From the human T2T-CHM13v2.0 reference genome, Homo sapiens: 64,000 nt of DNA. Location: NCBI RefSeq assembly GCF_009914755.1, contig NC_060938.1. One strand, written 5' to 3'. Below the pieces are notes generated by a model. It saw only the letters and a list, made by a program, of their open reading frames with translations, was not told the DNA's origin and searched no databases. The position numbers and the translations under genes were made by a program. Shown here one piece after another: positions 56,059 to 64,000 of this stretch; position 1 is the first letter of the stretch, and every line of letters starts with the position of its first letter.

Positions 56059-59000
56059 GTAGCTTTATTAAAGAAAAATCTTCAACACAATCAAACTTTA
56101 ACATTTTAGCTTTTAGATTTTTATGTGTCTTTGACAGCTAGTGTCTAGTGTATGAAAGTGGAAAAGGACATTTCTGTAGTAGCTGTTAAGATGTATGCAG
56201 TTGTCCTATCACAGTTATATTAGAAATAACAACTAGTGTGGAAAGTAACCCACATTCTGTTCAGGATACTTTTGTTTTAAAAGGCTAAAATGTTTGTGTG
56301 CTTTAAAATTCTTAATGAATTCACTGGCATGAGTAATTTTATGCCGGGAAAATCTGATTTGTGGTCTATTTAATTACAAAGAGATTGTGATGGTGATAAT
56401 TTGAATACCATCTTTCTATGAAAAGCTGTGTATATTAATTTTAATCTCTAGGGCCTTTTTTCAATAACTTGAAAATCACAGCCTCATCATTAGCAACTTT
56501 ATATACACAGCTTTAAAAAATTTGCTTTAAACTGTTTCAGAGCTTCTTCCCTAAGCCATAAACTGTCTCACCTAAACAAGATAGACCTCAATAAAAGACA
56601 TAATATTTCTCCACCTGGCAGAAAAGTAACTGCCAAGTAAGATTAAGAAATAAGTTGAGCATTTCTGGAGTATATTTCTCATAATTCTGCAGAGACTTCC
56701 AGTTTATTGCATATATGCAGTAAAGTGTATATATTATGCAGTTTCTCTAAGTGGAAAAACTTGACATGACTTTAATAGTGTTAAAACATGAAAATGCTGG
56801 TGAGCTGAGGTAGAAAAAAAACAAGAAAAAAATTTTAAAAATAGCGTTAAAATGCATTTTAGGCTCCTAATGTCGTTAATTTGCACGTTAAAGACCTCTA
56901 ATCGCATGCAAGCATTGACCTACCACACCTACATCCCACTGTGCCTGCATTATTGAAATTACTACTCACTTTAATTTTTTTTCCCCTTTTTACTGTTTGA
57001 TACCAATCATAATCAGTCTGATACTAGAATCATGATTGGTTTTGTTCTTTAGTACTGTCTAGAGCTACTATTTTGTTTTTATTGCTGTCCGCCACTTGAT
57101 AGTCATACATCTAGTATGTGTTTGTACTATTTAGTATTGCATTCATTGGACGTACTATTCAACGAATTTGTCTCCTTACTGTTACCAAGGGTCTTGGAAT
57201 TTTTATATTTTAAATTAATCATTCAATATAAGTTATTTATAGGTATAGTACAATTTTAAAATATTTAGAATGCTACAATCATTGGTTCAAACTATTGATT
57301 CATGGGAAAATTTAAATTCATAAGAATAATATGTATAGGGATAAGTTGATATTTAATGTATTGGCACTTTAACTTGGGCAGACATGTTTTCTTATTGGTT
57401 TAAAGAAGTAATAAGTATTTTAATATTTTTACTATGAAATGGGATCCAATTTTAGAAATGAATTGCTACTTTTCTCTTTAGTGTGTACACTTTAAGTTTT
57501 AGATGGAATTATGAAATATTCACTTTACGTTATTTTGTTACAATAATAAGTTTTATATTTCTTATTATCAAGCAAGAGTTGCCACCTGGACAGAGTTTAC
57601 ATTGATACTCAATATTTTTGATATGTTAAAGTGTTATTATACTTGTACCATTCAATTGGAGATTGTCATAAATTAAATATGGTATTTTTTACTCAGATTT
57701 GATGAGACTGCAACTAGAGAATAAATATTACATTAAAATTGCTGCTATTTTAAAACATAGAATGTAACTGTTTGTATTGTAAAAGTTGTGTGTCCTCAGT
57801 GAAAAATACTGCCTTCAGCTTCCAAAGCAGGCACCTGAATGCCTTTTTCTTTTCTCTCTCTCTTCTTTCTTTAAATACATGCCTTCACTAGATTGCTGTG
57901 ACCTACTAAACCTCATTTTATTTGCTTGGAACATTTTTGGCTTCTCTGTCCACACCATAGAAAAGGACAAAGGCCTTCCAGCTCTCCTTTTCTCTTATTT
58001 GTTCCCTTCTAAATACTTGACTCTCTGGGGGTGTGAAAAGATTCAGCTCATAATTTATACTACTATTAATTTTGTGGTCCTTCTAAGCCAATTTAAAATT
58101 ATACTTTTGTGTATATATTTTCAAAATCTTTGCTACTGACTACCTTAGCTTTAAAGTTGCTAATTTGGAGATGACTGATAGAATCCCTGAAACTTGGTGG
58201 AGGGGAGTGGAAAGGAGCAGAATGTGTTTGTGTATATGTATGTGAAACATGGATCTTCTATATATAAATATTCTTTAGAAAAAGCGTTCAGTCTTTTTAC
58301 AATTCTAAGTAAAACGTATAGGTCAACAGAAATTAAAGGAATATTTCTTAAAATTCATTTATTTTTCTTTTTTGAAAGCAGACAGAAGCAAGGCTAGTAT
58401 AGTATGAATGGTCAGGTAGTTTAAATGCGTTGTCCCACGTGGAACAGGAGATATTAACTGTTTTTAAAGCTTTACATTATTTTTTTACAAGAATTTGTTT
58501 TCCTGTAATTTTCTTCACAGTTAAAATATCCTAATTTATATTTTAACAAAAGAGATGTAAGATACATCAAATATAGATGATTCAAGGTAATGTTTTTTAG
58601 ACCTGAAACTATTGATTCAATTTATCATCAGTGTTTATTTCTATTGTATCTAGTTATCTATCCAAATAATTGTATTGGCTTAGCGGAGACTGTATGTTAA
58701 GTGTATTAGTTTTAGATTGTGAAATTGTGCAGTTTAGGTAAACATCAAATCCCTTTATTTTTGTACAGCAGATTTCCAGCATTAGAACCATGTAGAACAA
58801 ATATACTAGATGTTAAAGATTACACAATAAAGGAACTTGGCAAACCAAATCTGAGATCCTTGCTTTTTGTTCAGATTTAAGACTGTTTTTTTTTTTAAGG
58901 CAAAAAATAATAGATGGTAAAAATTTGGCCTTTATTCTAAAAGGACAGTTTGAACCATTTAAAGAAATATTATGGGTAGCCATGTCTTTAAAAATTTTGA

Positions 59001-60099
59001 GGCCTGATCAAAGGACGAATCTTTATACACATTGTTATTTTCAAAGGTATTTACAAATTGAGAAGCAGAATGATGATTTCTTGCCCCACTAATGACAAAT
59101 AAAATACCATTTCTTACCATAAACATTGAAAAACAAACTGAACAAAACTTGACCATATAACTTACAAATACTTTTGACTTGAATTTGCATGTGGAGTATG
59201 TGTGCTAAAACTGCAAGTGAAGACTTTTTATACTTAGAGGAATAGTTGTAGAGTTCTTTGTAAGGTTCTTTGTTCATAATTTTTTATATTTTGTGATGTG
59301 AATAATAGTATGCATCTGCATGACAACACTGCAGATCATATTGCTGTGCCCTTTTAATAACTGGATATTTTAAAATTATTTTAAATGCAGTTGTATGGTT
59401 TATCAAATGGTTCTCTTTTTAAACATTTTATAAGGAAATTTAGACCTTTTCTATTCAAGGCTTTGTTGAAGTAATCAGTGAAGGAAATGGTATTATATAT
59501 CTATACAGTATATTGTTTAAAGGTACTTTAGAGAAGAATTAAACTGAGACAGTGATGTTCAAGTACATAATCTGTGCATGCTATTTAAGTATCATTTTGC
59601 AAATATAAATATATACATAAAAATAATTGAGTTAGTATATAATCTATAAATTCCCCTATAATTAAGGGTTGTTATTTTCAAATCTTGAAATTGTTTATTT
59701 TTTAAAATTCCACGCAGTGTATTATATAGGGCAAAGTTCAGGAAACATGTTTCCAGTCTAAAGAGAGGAGTGATGTAAGAAGAAACTAGTTGACATCTTA
59801 AGAAAGGGTATTCTCACTTGTGCACACATATCCTTGATTATATAATATGCTGATTTAACATGAAATATTTTTTCACATTTTAATTTTGATTTGAAGTTAA
59901 TCTTATATGTCATTTTGTGCATTTTTTGTCATAAATCTTCAAAGGTCAACCTGATTTTTTTTTTTTTTAAATGATACCAGATTAGAAAAATCTCAGATGT
60001 GGTAAATGCCATCTTTAAAAAGCTAGGTTATCTTTGTTTCGGTTTTCTTTTCAATTAAATTTGGATAACACTTACAAAAAAAGTACTTCTGATTCCCAG

Positions 60100-60208
60100 A
60101 AATCATAAAGAAGCAGGGGGAAGGCGTCCCCGACTTAGTCCATGTGATGCGCACATTAGCGAGTGAGAACATCCCCAGCCTCCCACCAGGGGGTGAATTG
60201 GCAAGCAA
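60100..60208 (+). CDS. PPM1A: PPM1A exon 4 ([37 protein letters not shown])
   Basis: Acceptor gattcccag|AA, 109 nt, phase 1 to phase 2, donor CAA|GTAAGT. Confidence 0.97.
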
Positions 60209-61690
60209 GTAAGTTACATTCTGTACACTCTTATGCTTTATGTCAGTGTATGAAAATGTTAGGTATTCATTGATAAAATGTTTGTTTGCCTAATTTCTGA
60301 ACTGATGCAGTTATCTGTGTTTTAACCTGTGATTTCAATTTTTTTTTAGTATTAGAATATCTAGAGTTTGTTTAGACATAGGTATCAGTATCATTGTAAC
60401 TAATTGCAGTGAGGGTTGTCTTTATTGGAAGCTTGGTTGGCATTGATTTCCTCATAGAGCATAAACGAGATAATATACTGAAAGAACTTTTTAAACTAAA
60501 TTACATAGCACTACATAAAAATTTACAAAATTCTAAGTGTCGTTGTTAGTAGTAGTATAATTTGATTTGGTCAATCCCTGAGTAACTTAACACCCTGAAA
60601 ATTCCCCTTCCTCATATGGACCATGTTTCTATGCCTGATTTTCCCAGTATTTTTGGTTGTTGATTGCTGGTTAGTTGGTTTTAGGTGTCAGGGAAGAAGA
60701 TAGAATATATTTCTTGTCTTTTCCCTTTCCACTTTAGTTCATAGAATTGGACTACTTTGTGTTAAATATTAAGCTTACACCTTTACATAATAAAGTGGAA
60801 AATTCAAGCAATTCCAAGGGTTAAAACATTTTTACCTCAAATATCCATATAATTGACTTACAAACATAAAACTTGCAAATACCTTTAGCTTGAATTTGGA
60901 TATAGAGTAAATGTGCTAAAACTACAAGTGAAGACTTCTTGTACTTACAGTGAAGATATATTATTGACTAATTTTCTCGATTCTCTACTGTGTTTTGCAA
61001 GTGTGACCATGTTCTTTGTAATCACTAAATAGTGATTGTAAAAGCTCCTGTTTGAAGCTTTTATTTTTTGGAAACTTTTTTTTTCCATATGACTTTCTAT
61101 GAAACGATCTATAAAATTGCTTCAAGTCAATTTTGGAAGTAGGGAGACTATAACTTATAAATATACTACAGATTTTTAATAAAGTGTTACTCAAAACTAA
61201 TTCCTAGACTTGTCATGGAAATGTCTTATTTGACATTTCAGTTTTAATAGAACTTTTGAAAAGGGCATTAAGAAAAGTAGAAGCTTAAATATAAAGTATA
61301 ATCTGAGACTTCAAAACTACGATGCAACTCAACTAGCTTATGTTAGTATTATATCTTAAGAATGGCATTGCCATTGATGACTCATAACCATTTAAACCAA
61401 TTCAAATGGAAGTAGACTATATAGACTTTTTTTTTAATCTGTAATTTTTAGCCTTCTATTAACTGGGTTGGTAGAGTGTTATAACACATTTTAGAGTAGA
61501 CTCACCTCTGCTTTAACATAGGAGCCCAAATATCTTAAAAGTGAGGCTCACTATTGACAGCAAGAAATAGAACTAAAATAATATCTGAGTATAAGATTAT
61601 CTTAGAAATTTTAATAAACACCTGGCTATGAGTTACTAAGCAATGTTTTGCTTTCTGAAGAATTAATTTTCTGCATTTTTTTACACTTAG

Positions 61691-61748
61691 GAGGAATGTT
61701 ATTGAAGCCGTTTACAATAGACTGAATCCTTACAAAAATGACGACACT
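61691..61748 (+). CDS. PPM1A: PPM1A exon 5 ([19 protein letters not shown])
   Basis: Acceptor ttttttacacttag|G, 58 nt, phase 2 to phase 0, donor ACT|GTAAGT. Confidence 0.97.
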
Positions 61749-62746
61749 GTAAGTAGCATTTTAGCTCCCTCTGCTTTCCCTTCCCCTCCACTCTAAATGC
61801 ATATCCTTCCTACCTGTTTTTGCAGAGCTGTTCACTGTACCCATTCTCTTACACACACCCCTGATTGATTGCTCTGAACTCTGCTTGCTCTGATCTCTGC
61901 CTGCACCACAGTTCTAGTGATTGAGGACATAATCATGGTGAGTGGCCACCTCTCTCAAAAAAGAAGAAAGTCCTTTTGAATTATTCTAGATTTTTTAAGT
62001 CTTTACAAACAATCAACTTCAGAAGGTTTGCCTCCACTACATGGTTTTTTTTTTTTTTTTTTCCCGAAGTTGGGACTATCTCTACTCAGAATATTGTCTT
62101 ATTCTGAGTTTTGTAAGCAGCTGCAGCAGAACTTCGGAATGTCTGTCTCAACTAAATAGTTCTTATGGTTGGAAATACCTTTGTCAGGAATCCTGAAGTA
62201 TATACTTCACTTAAATATTAGAGAATTGTTTGCATAAATAGACATTAGAATGCCATACTCTCCAGTTAAGTGTTCTGTTGCAATTCTGTTGTATGATGTT
62301 TATAGAAAAGTGATAACTTAAAGATCATGTGGGCACAGCTCTGAAATATTTTATGTATTGCATTATGAAGCTTCCTCACATATTGAGTTCTTAATCTTTT
62401 CTGATGCATTAAAGGTTTATAAAAGTGGTATTCTAAAACTGTATTGGATTTCATTAAAAAATTCTTTTTAGTAGATTTATTGATTGAGTAATACATTTGG
62501 ACAGCCTCATCATAAAACCGCATTTCAAATATTTTCCAAAACAAAACAAAGGATTAACAATTCTTTGAACAGATTAAACATTGCTATTTCATATGTACAC
62601 ATATATACTTATATACTTTAAAAAACATTTATATTCTAAAAGTCATCTTTACAGAACATTATCTTTCTCCATTATCCAGAAAGTATGGTGTATTTTGGCA
62701 CCGCTAAATTTTAACGTTGTTCCTTATTTTGCTTCCTTTTACAAAG

Positions 62747-62776
62747 GACTCTACATCAACAGATGATATGTGGTAA
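62747..62776 (+). CDS. PPM1A: PPM1A last exon coding part (DSTSTDDMW*)
   Basis: Pyrimidine tract plus AAG acceptor at 62746. 834+118+109+58+30=1149 nt = 382 aa + stop. Confidence 0.97.
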   Translation, partial: DSTSTDDMW

Positions 62777-63621
62777 AACTGCTCATCTAGCCATGGAGTT
62801 TACCTTCACCTCCAAAGGAGAGTACAGCTCAACTTTGTTGAAACTTTTAACATCCATCCTCAACTTTAAGGAAGGGGATATGACATGGGTGAGAATGATT
62901 ACATCAGAGAACTTCAGCAGTACAACAGCTAGCCCAGAACTGATTTTTTTTTTTTTTTTTGTAAATTTGAGACTTATGTAAGCGTGATTTCAAACCATAA
63001 TTCGTGTTGTAAATCAGACTCCAGCAATTTTTGTTGTATGATTTTGTTTTTTTGTAAAGTGTAATTGTCCTTGTACAAAATGCTCATATTTAATTATGAA
63101 CTGCTTTAAATCACTATCAAAGTTACAAGAAATGTTTGGCTTATTGTGTGATGCAACAGATATATAGCCCTTTCAAGTCATGTTGTGTTTGGACTTGGGG
63201 TTGGAACAGGGAGAGCAGCAGCCATGTCAGCTACACGCTCAAATGTGCAGATGATTATGGAAAATAACCTCAAAATCTTACAAAGCTGAACATCCAAGGA
63301 GTTATTGAAAACTATCTTAAATGTTCTTGGTAGGGGAGTTGGCATTGTTGATAAAGCCAGTCCCTTCATTTAACTGTCTTTCAGGATGTTCCTTCGTTGT
63401 TTCCATGAGTATTGCAGGTAATAATACAGTGTATTCATAAGAATCTCAATCTTGGGGCTAAATGCCTTGTTTCTTTGCACCTCTTTTCAAGTCCTTACAT
63501 TTAATTACTAATTGATAAGCAGCAGCTTCCTACATATAGTAGGAAACTGCCACATTTTTGCTATCATGATTGGCTGGGCCTGCTGCTGTTCCTAGTAAGA
63601 TATTCTGAATTCCATTTTATC

Positions 63622-63627
63622 AATAAA
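63622..63627 (+). terminator. Candidate proximal polyadenylation signal AATAAA
   Basis: Canonical hexamer followed about 30 nt later by TGTATGTGT and T-rich sequence. Confidence 0.5.
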
Positions 63628-63915
63628 GCTTGATTTAACAAACAAGAAACTTAATCATGTATGTGTAATTCCTCTTTTACCCTGGCCTTTTAAAACACTG
63701 TGCCGTTGTAATGAGACGTTTCTCATAGGGAAAGATGTTAGTCTCTTTTAATTGGACAACACTGTCACTCAAGGCATAGATGAAACTTTCCTTCCATTAG
63801 AAAGACTAAAAGATTTAATTCTTGGTTGTACCTTAATCTATTTTTTAAATAGGTTTCTTTCAGGCTGCTTATTTTTCATTAAGATGTGTATCAGCTTGGA
63901 TTTGCCTACTGTTTA

Positions 63916-63921
63916 ATTAAA
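63916..63921 (+). terminator. Candidate polyadenylation signal ATTAAA
   Basis: Variant hexamer with a (GT)n tract about 45 nt downstream. Confidence 0.45.
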
Positions 63922-63964
63922 ATATTTATTGTCAAAGTTTGACAATCTAACACTCTATGGTAGG

Positions 63965-63995
63965 GGTGTGTGTGTGTGTGTTTGTGAGTGTGTGT
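63965..63995 (+). repeat. (GT)n microsatellite in 3'UTR
   Basis: Interrupted gtgtgt run. Confidence 0.9.
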
Positions 63996-64000
63996 TTGCC

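Larger units (their letters stand above)
62777..64000 (+). other. PPM1A: PPM1A 3'UTR (probably continues beyond the window)
   Basis: Follows the stop codon. AU-rich, free of interspersed repeats, with several UGUA motifs. Confidence 0.85.

Noticed and set aside
57002-57040. accaatcat...atgattggt inverted repeat
   Set aside because: 9-bp arms in AT-rich DNA are within chance expectation.
62763-63369. Short ORFs in the 3'UTR
   Set aside because: No coding signature or recognisable homology; lengths are consistent with chance.

Overview
Primate genomic DNA (human or great ape; AluY elements present) containing essentially the whole PPM1A gene (protein phosphatase 2C-alpha) on the + strand, plus about 16 kb of repeat-rich upstream sequence. 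A CpG-island first exon (donor at 19970) splices across a ~33 kb intron to five coding exons (52998-53831, 55918-56035, 60100-60208, 61691-61748, 62747-62776). These sum to 1149 nt, giving the 382-aa protein MGAFLDKPK...STDDMW. An upstream purine-rich exon (16141-16339) adds a basic 73-aa N-terminal extension (455 aa), and read-through of the weak exon-3 donor gives a 324-aa form ending GGSFNKK. The rest is L1, Alu, L2, MIR, MaLR/MLT2 LTR and MITE sequence. I found no convincing new multi-gene system. The best leads are regulatory or structural: a 5'UTR G4/uORF/CUG-extension module, an Alu-flanked exon 2 whose circular form would encode a complete 279-aa ORF, an unexplained 86-bp direct repeat bracketing exon 4, a tandem duplication carrying twin splice donors, and several palindromic or repair-scar sequences. 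All coordinates were counted by hand. Repeat boundaries and subfamily names are approximate and come from remembered consensus sequences.
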